DNA from: Candidatus Latescibacterota bacterium
GTDB lineage: Bacteria; Latescibacterota; UBA2968; UBA8231
Assembly: GCA_965248265.1 (NCBI GenBank)
Contig: CBDFJF010000002.1
Coordinates: 448,001 to 512,000, forward strand
Length of the DNA: 64,000 nucleotides
Reading direction: 5' to 3'
Within the stretch, counting starts at the first letter, position 1, and every line of letters begins with the position of its first letter. A program made the position numbers and the translations under genes. The notes under the pieces are model-generated. The model was not told the DNA's origin, did no database searches, and saw nothing but the letters and a program-made list of their open reading frames with translations. Positions 30,152 through 39,581 of the stretch are shown here, piece after piece.

Positions 30152-31813
30152 TTACTCGTCCACGGCGTATGTCATCCAGCCCATCACTCTACCTGAAGCG
30201 GCCGTGAGAAAGATGACCCTGGCCGGTTCGTAGATGTGGTAGATCGATCGCGATCCCGATACGTGGCCGGTAGGTGAGCCATAGGCCTCCAGCACGTCCT
30301 CCAACTGTTGACCGATGCTCAGGCCACGGGCGCTGCGGCTGGTGTATCCGTTTTCGGTCTCCAGGAAGGTTATCGTGCTGTACCCGGTATCGATGGCGAG
30401 TGAGGACCATGTCTCGGCACGCTTCACGAAAATGTCGATGGCTGGTTGGCTGCGATTGAGCTTGGGCAGGGATGTCCTGGCATCGGGATCATCCATGATG
30501 GAGCTGGCTTCCGCGGCGCTCAATTCTCCTATGGTCTCCGGAGTGGCGAGCCGCACACGGACGCTCGCTGAATCCGCTGCGGCAGGGGCTGACGATGAGA
30601 GGGCGGCTAAGTTCAGGCTGGCCAGCAGCTGGTTGCCGTCCTGCGCCGCGCTGAAATCACGGAGGGCGCACTCCTCATCGGCCGGATCCCCGTGGGCGCA
30701 GGCAATGCCGCGGGCGATCAGCGCATTCGACAGGGATACCGGCTGATCGTCACGACGACCCGCCGACTTGACCGCTTTGCTGGCGAAGAACAGGGCCTCG
30801 TCGTGATCGCCCTGCATGTCAGCGACACACGCCGTATTGGTATAGGCCGCCGTGTACTGTGGATCTCTACTTCGAGCCTGGTCGAAGAAACCGGCAGCCT
30901 CGCTCAGCAGCTCGGATCGGTGGTCGATGCGCTCGTCTATCGAGCCGTAGGCTGCTTTGCGACCGCCCCGCAGACGCGTCGTCGGATCGAGCTCCAGGGG
31001 ATAGGCGAAACGGAGCTCTCCCGTTTCGAACAGTGCCATAGCCTGAAGGGCTCTGGCGACGCCTGCATTGTTGAGGATCTCGCGGCTGGGAAAGTCGCGG
31101 GCGATGTGGTCGAAACAGCGGGACGCCTCCTCGTATTTCGATATGAGCAGGAGCCGGTTGCCTGCCTCGAAGACCGGAACGAGTTTGTGCAGTCTCCGCA
31201 ACGAGCGGTGAGCGATCTCCTGTCGCTCTGAAAGGGCTGGATAACCCGGCAGGTCGTCACTCAACTCGTACTCGAGGTACACCGCTTCCAGGATGCTCGC
31301 GGCGACGCCCAGCGTGTTGTAGCCGGCGACGTATCCGCAAAACCCGCCGAAGTAGTCTGCCTCAGTCTCAATTTTCTCCATGCTGGCCACGCTGCTCCGG
31401 AGTCCGGCAATCGACTGTCCCACCGCCAGGTCGGCAAACCCATTGCCGAAGTCGCCGGGCCAGGCGTGGTCCTTGTAGTAGTGCGCCAGTTCGTGTCCGA
31501 GCAGGGCAGCCAGGGCATTGAGCGAATCGGGCCCGAGAGATACACACAGATCGTAAAGCCGCTCCTCCACTGTCAGGGTATTGCGCCCGGCGCTGTACCA
31601 GGCCGCCTTCATTCGACTGGATACACCGCGAGGCTGTACGTATAGCCTAGGTGCCGTGCGGCCATCGCCGATCGCACGGACCAAGTCATCGTAGACGCGC
31701 TTGGCGGTCCTGTACTTGGGATGGCTTCTGGGCAGGTGATCGGAAGCTGCGGTCACGGCGTCCGAACCGGATAGCAGCACGAGCAGAGGTATGAAGAGCG
31801 CCAGGGTTTTCAC
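30152..31813 (-). CDS. Secreted M48-like zinc metalloprotease with TPR repeats
   Basis: Likely GTG start VKTLALFIPLLVLL (signal peptide); ALAALLGHELAHYY; ETEADYFG; GYP...R; TPR-like helices. Confidence 0.75.
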   Translation of the reverse strand: MKTLALFIPLLVLLSGSDAVTAASDHLPRSHPKYRTAKRVYDDLVRAIGDGRTAPRLYVQPRGVSSRMKAAWYSAGRNTLTVEERLYDLCVSLGPDSLNALAALLGHELAHYYKDHAWPGDFGNGFADLAVGQSIAGLRSSVASMEKIETEADYFGGFCGYVAGYNTLGVAASILEAVYLEYELSDDLPGYPALSERQEIAHRSLRRLHKLVPVFEAGNRLLLISKYEEASRCFDHIARDFPSREILNNAGVARALQAMALFETGELRFAYPLELDPTTRLRGGRKAAYGSIDERIDHRSELLSEAAGFFDQARSRDPQYTAAYTNTACVADMQGDHDEALFFASKAVKSAGRRDDQPVSLSNALIARGIACAHGDPADEECALRDFSAAQDGNQLLASLNLAALSSSAPAAADSASVRVRLATPETIGELSAAEASSIMDDPDARTSLPKLNRSQPAIDIFVKRAETWSSLAIDTGYSTITFLETENGYTSRSARGLSIGQQLEDVLEAYGSPTGHVSGSRSIYHIYEPARVIFLTAASGRVMGWMTYAVDE

Positions 31814-31830
31814 GGTGCCGATGATTTCCG

Positions 31831-34515
31831 TTATCGAGCCCAGTAGAAGTCGCGCTCGTCGAGCACCGCCGCGTCGCTTTTCAACTCGTCTGCACCCGAG
31901 CTCTCGCTCACTGCGCCTTCGGCGCGCTCTGCTCTGCCCATTGCCACCATGGCGCGATCGAGGTTGCGCTGGAACCCGCGGCTTTGCGGCTCGAGGTCCG
32001 TCGCCTGTTTGAAATAGTAACCCGCCTGCTCCACATCCCCCTTGAGGAAACTGGCGATCCCCAGCTGATTGAAGGTGCTTCCGTGACGGCCACCCAGATC
32101 CATCAACCGGGTGTAAGCGGACTTGATGGCGTCCTCGAAACGACCCAGTGACACGTACACCTGCGACAGTTCCAACCACAGGCGCTCATTATCGGGCGTA
32201 TCCTTCAACGGATCCAGGTAGGTCGCATCGATATGCTCCTCCACTATCTGTTCCACATGGGCATATTGCGTACTCACGACTTCCTGTAACGCCGCCCGAC
32301 CCGGCCCCCCGATCTGCCCTTCGACGAAAACCGGTTCGGCAGGAGGAAACAACACCCAGGACTCGGCCGTATCCAGGACCAGGCGCCGGCGATCGGCCGC
32401 GGACAGCTTGGCCAGCTCGCGTGCGCCCGCAAGCCATGCCTCGCGAAACGATTTGTCCAGCAGCGTAATCTCCACCGGAATCCACAAGCGATCACCCCGC
32501 AGCATCGTCAGCTGCTCACCCACGGGCAGCTTGTGTGCCTCGCGGCGCGAGATGCCCGAGTCGAAGAGAGCAAAGATGTGCCCTGGATAGTCGACCAGCG
32601 CGCTCCTGACTCCGGCATGCTCCAGCAACGCACAATACAGCGCGGTGAGATCGTCGCAGTCGCCGGCCTTCTTCCTCAGCACCTCTGCCGGGTACTTGAT
32701 GTGGTCGACCGCCGATCGATCGGCCGACACTTTCGCGTAGGGTGTGTTGGAATCCGGGAAATAGCGCACGCCGTGCTGCTTCAGCGCTTCGAACAGCACC
32801 ATCGCCCTCATCAGATTCCGTCCCGGCCGGCCCAGCGTTCCGATCTCTTTTTCGAATGCTACCAGCACCGGTCGGGCGAAATTTTCCACTGCTTCGTCAG
32901 TAGGCGTTACGAAGGCCGCAGCCCGCCCCACGCTATCCCATGTCAATGCGCCCCGCCCGTAGATAGTGATTCCGCGCGATTCCATCTGCGAACGCGGTGC
33001 GTCTTCGCCCACGGTTGATAATTCAACTCTAGCCTGGACCTGCTCGGCGCCTTTCAGGTCCAGAATCTCGTGGTGCAGCTGCACCGTCAGATCCACAGTT
33101 TTGGATGAGTGTGGCTCGAGCAGAAGGGAATGGTCCGTCTGCCATCGAGTGCGGCCGGGAATACTGAAGCTGAGCTTGACCCGCACCGAATCCGCTTCGT
33201 CATTGACGACGGTGACCGAGCCGATGGGTTGATCGACGTAGGCTCGGTAGAAGGAGGCGAACAGATCCTGTACCTGAAGGTTGGAGATTCGCAATGTCGA
33301 CAGTTGCGCCGTTGCGGTCTGATCCCCAGCGGAAACGGGTGATTCATCGCCTCCAAAATGATCCCACGTGAGCACGGTTATCGTCAGCAGCACCGCGAGC
33401 GCCAACCCGACGAGGATGGCGCGCGTCGGCGACCGGCCCGGCCGGGTAACCGATTGGGCGTGAGGGGCCGGGACCTCGGTCTCCATCTGCTCTGGCTCGG
33501 TTTCCCGCAGAAATGGGGTAAGTGCAGTCGAGAACAGACGGGTCTTTGATTTTGGCGAGTCGACCAGCAAACCCTGAAGCACCAGCGATTTCACCCAATC
33601 CGCGTCCGCAGGATCGGGGTCGTTGCCGCTGGCGATCGCCGCAAGCACCCTGCGCTCGCCATCGCTGAAGCGCTCCCACAGATAGTGAAAATGGCTTCTG
33701 GCCTCTGACAGGAAACTCGCCTCTACTGCTGTCGGGTTCAGGACTCCGTCCGCCGAATCTGCCAGATCGTCGAAGGCGACTGCACACGCCATTTGCGCGA
33801 AAAACGCGAGGTTATCGCCCAGATCCCGGATCAGCTGACTGTGAGGCTCGAGGGGTACGCCGGCTGCCTCTGAGGGCCCGCAAATCAGCTCTTGTATTTC
33901 CTCGTCTTTCATGCGCCCGACTCGGATCTCGGTGAAGATGTTGAAGAAGGGCGATCCCGAGATTTCGCGGCTGTGGCAGAGGCTTTGCAGTGACAGCCGG
34001 GAGGCTGTGACGTAGGCGACGGGACAGGTGTTTGCCAGCGAGCGCAATGTATTGTAGAACTCGACGCCGAAGGCCGGGTTCGCAGTGATCGTCTCGAACT
34101 CGTCGAACAGCCAAACGAGGCGCAAGTCGGCCCTGACGACCGCTTCCGCAACGTCTTGTAAAAAGGAAAGACCCTGCCCCTCAGGCAGCGCCAGCCGGTC
34201 GCCGGCGACCTCGTTCAAGTGCTCGGAAAGGGCATTGCAGAAACCATTCAGATCCAGATGGCCGTAGCGCTGGAAATCGATGAGGACGAACAGGTACCGG
34301 TCAGGATCCTCCAGGAAGTTCGCGTACACCTCGCGCTGGCTGATATGCCAGAGCACGGAGGACTTGCCCATGCGGCGCTCGCCGACCAGGGAGATCGACT
34401 GTGGCGTTCCGGCGCCGATGCGGCTCAGAATCTGGCGTACCTCAACTTTGCGTCCGTGGAACTCGCCGACTGAGCGAATCATCGACCGGTTGAGGTATGG
34501 ATTTCGTTTCATCAT
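31831..34515 (-). CDS. STAND/AAA-like P-loop ATPase - TM helix - Ig-like - transglutaminase-like (Cys-His) - TPR fusion protein
   Basis: NPY...FHGRKVE; Walker A GERRMGKSS; Walker B WLFDEFE; TM ILVGLALAVLLTITVLTW; GDCDDL...PGHIF...WIPVE; TPR FNQLGIASFLKGDVEQAGYYFKQATDLEP. Confidence 0.75.
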   Translation of the reverse strand: MMKRNPYLNRSMIRSVGEFHGRKVEVRQILSRIGAGTPQSISLVGERRMGKSSVLWHISQREVYANFLEDPDRYLFVLIDFQRYGHLDLNGFCNALSEHLNEVAGDRLALPEGQGLSFLQDVAEAVVRADLRLVWLFDEFETITANPAFGVEFYNTLRSLANTCPVAYVTASRLSLQSLCHSREISGSPFFNIFTEIRVGRMKDEEIQELICGPSEAAGVPLEPHSQLIRDLGDNLAFFAQMACAVAFDDLADSADGVLNPTAVEASFLSEARSHFHYLWERFSDGERRVLAAIASGNDPDPADADWVKSLVLQGLLVDSPKSKTRLFSTALTPFLRETEPEQMETEVPAPHAQSVTRPGRSPTRAILVGLALAVLLTITVLTWDHFGGDESPVSAGDQTATAQLSTLRISNLQVQDLFASFYRAYVDQPIGSVTVVNDEADSVRVKLSFSIPGRTRWQTDHSLLLEPHSSKTVDLTVQLHHEILDLKGAEQVQARVELSTVGEDAPRSQMESRGITIYGRGALTWDSVGRAAAFVTPTDEAVENFARPVLVAFEKEIGTLGRPGRNLMRAMVLFEALKQHGVRYFPDSNTPYAKVSADRSAVDHIKYPAEVLRKKAGDCDDLTALYCALLEHAGVRSALVDYPGHIFALFDSGISRREAHKLPVGEQLTMLRGDRLWIPVEITLLDKSFREAWLAGARELAKLSAADRRRLVLDTAESWVLFPPAEPVFVEGQIGGPGRAALQEVVSTQYAHVEQIVEEHIDATYLDPLKDTPDNERLWLELSQVYVSLGRFEDAIKSAYTRLMDLGGRHGSTFNQLGIASFLKGDVEQAGYYFKQATDLEPQSRGFQRNLDRAMVAMGRAERAEGAVSESSGADELKSDAAVLDERDFYWAR

Positions 34516-34618
34516 CAGGGTTTTATCGGATTCTCGGTAAATCAGCTATCGCCGACTTCTGTCCTGGCTCGAGCACCGCATCTGAATCTCCCTGCCGCGG
34601 TGCAACTGTCTATAATAC

Positions 34619-34633
34619 GCAACAGGCATGCCA
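34619..34633 (-). promoter_or_regulatory. Sigma-54 (-24/-12) promoter
   Basis: Minus strand reads TGGCAT-GCCTG-TTGC upstream of the ATPase gene, with an AT-rich tract further upstream (34665-34690). Confidence 0.72.
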
Positions 34634-34774
34634 CAAACAGACGATATTTGTCTTAGAAGGTCGTAAACGTTTGTATTTGAATTATTTGTGATCGAACCAC
34701 CGAAGTCCCGCCAGGGCCGTCCGGCTTGCTGACGGTGCTCAGTTTACGAGAAACAGGACCGGAACTCGGCATCT

Positions 34775-34790
34775 GTCCAGGATTCAGGAC
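34775..34790. promoter_or_regulatory. Candidate UAS GTCCAGGATTCAGGAC
   Basis: 15/16 identical to the site at 24921, and lies 142 bp from its promoter versus 140 bp for that site. Confidence 0.6.
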
Positions 34791-34825
34791 TGTGAACCGA
34801 CTGCGGGCGGTGGGTGAACTATCGC

Positions 34826-35620
34826 TCACACCGAAATGTTGTCGATGAAGTCGCGCAGGTAGGCGGCCGTGCCGGCGATGGCCAACTCGGCAAAGTGAGC
34901 GCCCTTCTCAGCGCTGGCGAGCTTGTAGTTTTCGTCGGCCACGTCGCACAGCAAGCGTTGCCGCAGTCCGGTCTGGTCGAATGTTGTTGTTGCCAGAAAC
35001 TGCTCACCGAGGCCAATCTTGGGACCGTCTCCATGAAGTCCGTAGCGGTCTTTGATCTCATGCAGTCTGTCCATGCGGGTGTGCTCAGGGCAGATGTGGA
35101 GGATCATGGAGGTCTCGAATTCGTCGGCGTGACCGGGGTAATGGCGGCCCTCATTGATGGCGGCAATCTTGTCGCGATCGATGGCTTCCCAATAGGCAAA
35201 GGAGGCGACGCGAACGCCCTCGAGTTCTTCGGTGATGCGCCGGGCTGCCTGGGCATTGACACCCATGTTGTTGCCGTGGCCGTTGACGATAGCAAAGCGT
35301 TTGATACCGTAGCCCATCAGCGAGCGGCAATAGTCGGTGAGCACCCGAACCTGCGTCTCCACCCTCAGCGTCATGCTGCCGGGAAACTCCAGGTGTTGAG
35401 GAGAATGCCCCACGGCCAGTGTCGGCGCCACCAGGACCTGCGGGTACAAACGCTGCGCCGCTTCAACGCTCACGTGAGTGGATGTGGCCGCATCGACCTT
35501 GAGTGGCAGGTGCGGTCCGTGGCCCTCGTTGCTGCCGGTAGGGAGTATGGCCAGCTCGACCTTGTCCAGGATGTCCTCCACTTCGGAGAAGGACATTTCC
35601 GGGAGAAATACCTTGTTCAT
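34826..35620 (-). CDS. Creatininase/creatinine amidohydrolase family
   Basis: LPTGSNEGHGPHLPLKVD, SPQHLEFPGS, VNGHGNN, GHADEFETS. Start MNKVFL. Confidence 0.88.
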   Translation of the reverse strand: MNKVFLPEMSFSEVEDILDKVELAILPTGSNEGHGPHLPLKVDAATSTHVSVEAAQRLYPQVLVAPTLAVGHSPQHLEFPGSMTLRVETQVRVLTDYCRSLMGYGIKRFAIVNGHGNNMGVNAQAARRITEELEGVRVASFAYWEAIDRDKIAAINEGRHYPGHADEFETSMILHICPEHTRMDRLHEIKDRYGLHGDGPKIGLGEQFLATTTFDQTGLRQRLLCDVADENYKLASAEKGAHFAELAIAGTAAYLRDFIDNISV

Positions 35621-35694
35621 CGTTGCACTCCTCAACCTTGCTCGTTCATGACAGGCCATCGACCTTTCGGGCGTCCCTAAACACGAGGTGAACG

Positions 35695-37179
35695 ATGCGA
35701 ATTGCAATGGGGGGTATCAGCCACGAAACCAGCACCTTCACGCTGGTCCCCACGAATTTGGACTCATTCCGCGAGCGCGAGTACCTGCATGGCGCCGAAA
35801 TCACGGACAGGTTCGCCGGTACGAACACGCCGATCGGTGGTTTCATGGACGGGGCGAAGAAGCATGGATTCGAGCTCCATCCCACTGTCCAGGCCGAGGC
35901 CTTTCCCAGCGGTCCTGCGCCGCGCGCGATCTTCGACGGCATCCTCGACGAACTGGTCAGTGGCATTGACGCAGTGAAGGCCGACGGCGTACTGCTTGAT
36001 CTGCACGGCTCCATGGTCGTCGATCCGCTCGACTCGGCCGGCCATCTGGATGATCCCGAAGGCCACATTCTGGCGGCTGTCCGGGCTGTCGTCGGTCCGG
36101 ACATACCGATACTGGCACAGCTGGATATTCATTCCAACGTCTCCGAGCGCATGATTGAGATGGCCGATGTGTTGATCGGAAGGGAGAGTTACCCCGAAAT
36201 AGACATGGCCGAGCGCAGCCGTGAATGCGCCGATGTGCTGGCGCGAATCCTCAAGGAGAGTCTGCGACCGACCATGGCGCTACACCAGATTCCGATGATC
36301 TGGGGGATCAACCAGGTTACCGCTCACTCCCCGATGAAGGAGGCGATTGCGGAGTTGCATCGGATCGAAGCGATGCCAGGCGTAGTGTGCGGCTCGATCG
36401 CCACAGCCTATCCGTTGGCGGACGTGCCCAACATGGGGTCGTCCGTGTACGTGGTGACGGACAACGATCAGCAGCTTGCGCAGTCCTGCGCGGACGAGTT
36501 AGGTGCGTGGGTGTATGAGCGGCGCGAGGACTGGCAGGGGTACATGCCGACGACGCGGGAAGCGCTGACCCAGGCGGAAGAGGAAGGGAAGTACCCGGTC
36601 ATCTTCGCTGATCGCAATGACAACACCGGCGGAGGCTCTCCCGGTGACAGCACCGGTGCCCTGCGTACCATCGTCGAGGCCGGTCTGAAGGACGCCTGTG
36701 TCCTCTACATTGTCGACCCGGAGGCCATTGCGCTGTGCCACGAAGCCGGCGTCGGGGCCACGCTGACCCTCGACATTGGCGGTAAGTCCAGTCCGCTGCA
36801 GGGCGAGCCCGTGTGCATGACAGTCGAGGTCATGGCGCTGACGCAGGGGGAATTCACCTTTGACGGGCCGATGTTCGAAGGGTTGAGCTCGACGATGGGT
36901 CCCTCCTGCTACGTCCGGCAAGACGGCATCCACGTCATCATGGTGACCAAGCGTGAGCAACCCTTCTGCACCGCGTTCTCGCGCACCCTCGGAGTTGACC
37001 CGAGCAAAATGCGCTACGTCTCCGTTAAGTCGTCGGCACACTTTCGCGCCGGCTTCGAATCGTGGTCTGGAGCGATCTACGTCGTCGACGAGCCCGGCCT
37101 GCATGACGCCAGGCATGTGAAGTTCGAGCGCCTGGGACGACCGTTGTACCCGCTTGATGACGGAGAGTGGCCCGACTGA
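35695..37179 (+). CDS. M81 family metallopeptidase (MlrC-like)
   Basis: ISHETSTF, LDLHGSM, LDIHSN, YPEID, DNTGGGSPGD, VKSSAHFRA. Confidence 0.9.
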   Translation: MRIAMGGISHETSTFTLVPTNLDSFREREYLHGAEITDRFAGTNTPIGGFMDGAKKHGFELHPTVQAEAFPSGPAPRAIFDGILDELVSGIDAVKADGVLLDLHGSMVVDPLDSAGHLDDPEGHILAAVRAVVGPDIPILAQLDIHSNVSERMIEMADVLIGRESYPEIDMAERSRECADVLARILKESLRPTMALHQIPMIWGINQVTAHSPMKEAIAELHRIEAMPGVVCGSIATAYPLADVPNMGSSVYVVTDNDQQLAQSCADELGAWVYERREDWQGYMPTTREALTQAEEEGKYPVIFADRNDNTGGGSPGDSTGALRTIVEAGLKDACVLYIVDPEAIALCHEAGVGATLTLDIGGKSSPLQGEPVCMTVEVMALTQGEFTFDGPMFEGLSSTMGPSCYVRQDGIHVIMVTKREQPFCTAFSRTLGVDPSKMRYVSVKSSAHFRAGFESWSGAIYVVDEPGLHDARHVKFERLGRPLYPLDDGEWPD

Positions 37180-37209
37180 CACAGCAGTGCACGCTGGTGC
37201 GGGGTGAGG

Positions 37210-38319
37210 CTACAAATGCTCGGCGAGCGCTTCGACTGACAACCGTCGAGACAGGTTACCCTCTGTCATGCGTGCGAAGGCTTCCTCGTCGTTGAAGGCC
37301 GAGCCTGTGACCAGGCAGATGACCACATCGTCTTTGCCAATAACGTCTTCGGTGATCGCCTTCAATGCCCCCATGACCGAGGCGGCTCCGGCGGGCTCCG
37401 CGAGAATTCCTTCCTCGCGGGCGAGACGCGCCTGGGCGTCGTAGATCTCCTGGTCGGTGCCGATGAACCCCGTTCCACCTGAAGCCCTCGCCATCGCGAT
37501 CACCGGTGCCACGTCCAGAAGAAACGGCACTTTGAGGCCGGTGATCGCCGTATTCGCGTGCTCCAACACCGTGCCATCGTCCCGGCCTTCGCGCAAGGAG
37601 GTCGCGATGGTGTCGCAACCCGCTGGCTGTACCAGATGAACGGCTGGTTTGTGAGTGACGGCCGGGTGTGAGAACCCCTGAGCCATTGCCCGCACCAAGG
37701 CACCGGAACCGGTCGGCACGAACACGTGGTCGAGCCGCTGCAGTCCGGCATCGGCGTCGATGAAGTATGGGAAGGTTTCGGCCCCCATCATGCCCTTGGG
37801 GCTGTAGAGGTAGTTGCTGACCGGCATGGCCGTGTGAGCGTCTCTGGCCTGGGTGAGAATCTCGAGGACGCGCTCATCCACCGATGGGTCGGCACCGAAA
37901 TCTTCCACTTCGATGATACGGGCACCTGCTGCCGCCATCTTGCGTAGCTTGCCAACAGGCGTGCCATCGGAAACGGCGATGGTGCAAGAGATCCCGGTGC
38001 GGGCGCAGTAGGCGGCGACGGCACTGCCGGTGTTGCCGCTCGAGGTCAGCAACGCGCGGGTCTGACCCTGTGCTATCATGTGAGAGACTGCGGACGCGGC
38101 GAAAACGGCTTTGTAAGAAAGGGTCGGTTGTCCTGTCAGATCGAGGAACCACAAGTCGATGCCGGCCTGCGGACCGATGCGGGTCGATTTAATCAGGGGC
38201 GCGGGCCCCTCACCCATAGTGATGCGTGCCACCGGCGGCACCGCTCCTTCCGGATCGATGCGTTCGGCCCAGCGCCAGATACCCGCAGTGGCATCGCCAG
38301 TCATATGGTTGCTGCCCAC
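37210..38319 (-). CDS. Threonine-synthase-like PLP-dependent enzyme (fold type II)
   Basis: TMGEG..PL, PTLSYK, SSGNTG.A.AAY, VPTGSG, EEGILAEPAGAA, VTGS. Confidence 0.8.
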   Translation of the reverse strand: MGSNHMTGDATAGIWRWAERIDPEGAVPPVARITMGEGPAPLIKSTRIGPQAGIDLWFLDLTGQPTLSYKAVFAASAVSHMIAQGQTRALLTSSGNTGSAVAAYCARTGISCTIAVSDGTPVGKLRKMAAAGARIIEVEDFGADPSVDERVLEILTQARDAHTAMPVSNYLYSPKGMMGAETFPYFIDADAGLQRLDHVFVPTGSGALVRAMAQGFSHPAVTHKPAVHLVQPAGCDTIATSLREGRDDGTVLEHANTAITGLKVPFLLDVAPVIAMARASGGTGFIGTDQEIYDAQARLAREEGILAEPAGAASVMGALKAITEDVIGKDDVVICLVTGSAFNDEEAFARMTEGNLSRRLSVEALAEHL

Positions 38320-38321
38320 TC

Positions 38322-39467
38322 CTACAGGGACACGCGCACCCAGCGAGCGCTCTTGATCTCATCATCGCCTGCGTAGTAGACGACGAAGACCTCGCCGCTC
38401 GTCAACAGCACGGCACGGGGGTGGCCGAAGCGCCACTTTTCCATGTCGTTCCACAGGTCTGCCTGCGAGCGCGAGTCGCCAGCGCCGGACTCGGTACCCA
38501 GGGTGCTGTCGTAGGCCATCAGGCCCAGTGCCCGGTCCCAGGTCTTGCCGAAGTCGTCGCTGATGGAAAGGGCGATGCCGGGTGGGTCCCCCCTGTGCGA
38601 ATAGGCCGCCAGCAGACGGTTGACACCCAGCGCCAGTGGCTGACAGTGCTGTCCCGGCAGTCCGGTAGGTTGCGGCACCGACCATTCGCGTCCGTCAGCC
38701 GATCCCCAGCCAATGTGAACGTCTATGTCCTTGCCCGCCTCGAAATCATGGGTCCAGAACATGGCCACCAGTTGACCGCTGTCCGGGTGCACGGCCAGGC
38801 GTTGATCCCAGTAGGCGAGTCGATTGTCGGGATGCTGGGCGACGGTGGTGAACTCGGGCCATGTTTCGCCCCGATCGAAGGAATAGCGCAACCGCGCCCC
38901 GGGCACACCCGGCGCCGGGTCGTCGTATTCCTTCCAGTGTTCATACGGTTGGACGAGGACGTCGCCGGCAAGGGGAATGATGGCATGCGTGCAGGTGGAG
39001 GCTGCCACGTGCGGGCTGGTATCCATCTGCCGGGGTGGGCCCCATGTGCGGCCCCCGTCACCGGAGATCGAGTGCACGACCCGCATGGGCAGCAATCCCT
39101 GGGTCAGCGGATTGATGAAGGGCCGGTCGCGATGCGAGCGGTCGACGAGCAGTGACGTGGCCGTGAGTTTCCCGGGAGACAGCTCGGTGCAGACCAGACA
39201 CTTGTTTTCGCCAAGCCTGCCATCCCAGTTCCATTGGCCGTGACCGTCGTACCGCTTTTCCCAGGTATCGCCGAAGTCCGTGCTCGTGAACACGCAGGGA
39301 TGACCGTCCAGGGAATCGCGCTCACTGCCCCAGCGCCCTGACACGTACAACGTATTATCCTGAGCCAGATACACGTTGGTAAAGGCGCATGACTTCTGGT
39401 GTGCCGGTGCATCCTGTCCGTCGTACACGAAACCTGCGGCGACGATTTTCATCTTTCTCGTGCCCAC
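38322..39467 (-). CDS. Sialidase/BNR (Asp-box) family protein
   Basis: STDFGDTW, SGDGGRTW, SFDRGETW, SADGREW, SDDFGKTW. Start may be 39452. Confidence 0.82.
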   Translation of the reverse strand: MGTRKMKIVAAGFVYDGQDAPAHQKSCAFTNVYLAQDNTLYVSGRWGSERDSLDGHPCVFTSTDFGDTWEKRYDGHGQWNWDGRLGENKCLVCTELSPGKLTATSLLVDRSHRDRPFINPLTQGLLPMRVVHSISGDGGRTWGPPRQMDTSPHVAASTCTHAIIPLAGDVLVQPYEHWKEYDDPAPGVPGARLRYSFDRGETWPEFTTVAQHPDNRLAYWDQRLAVHPDSGQLVAMFWTHDFEAGKDIDVHIGWGSADGREWSVPQPTGLPGQHCQPLALGVNRLLAAYSHRGDPPGIALSISDDFGKTWDRALGLMAYDSTLGTESGAGDSRSQADLWNDMEKWRFGHPRAVLLTSGEVFVVYYAGDDEIKSARWVRVSL

Positions 39468-39581
39468 ATTGGTTCGAGGGGTGATGTTTTCGTTAGTTAT
39501 GCTCGGTCACCGGACAACATCGGACAACATCATAAAGAACGCATTGAGAGACCAACAGCCCCAGTAAACCGGAAGGCAATC

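Noticed and set aside
31814-32179. Extended N-terminus of the M48 ORF in the ORF track
   Set aside because: It overlaps the ATPase gene, and a signal peptide begins at GTG 31813.
31831-34515. The ATPase as the sigma-54 activator for the nearby promoters
   Set aside because: No GAFTGA motif or Fis-type HTH; the architecture is STAND-like with a TM helix.
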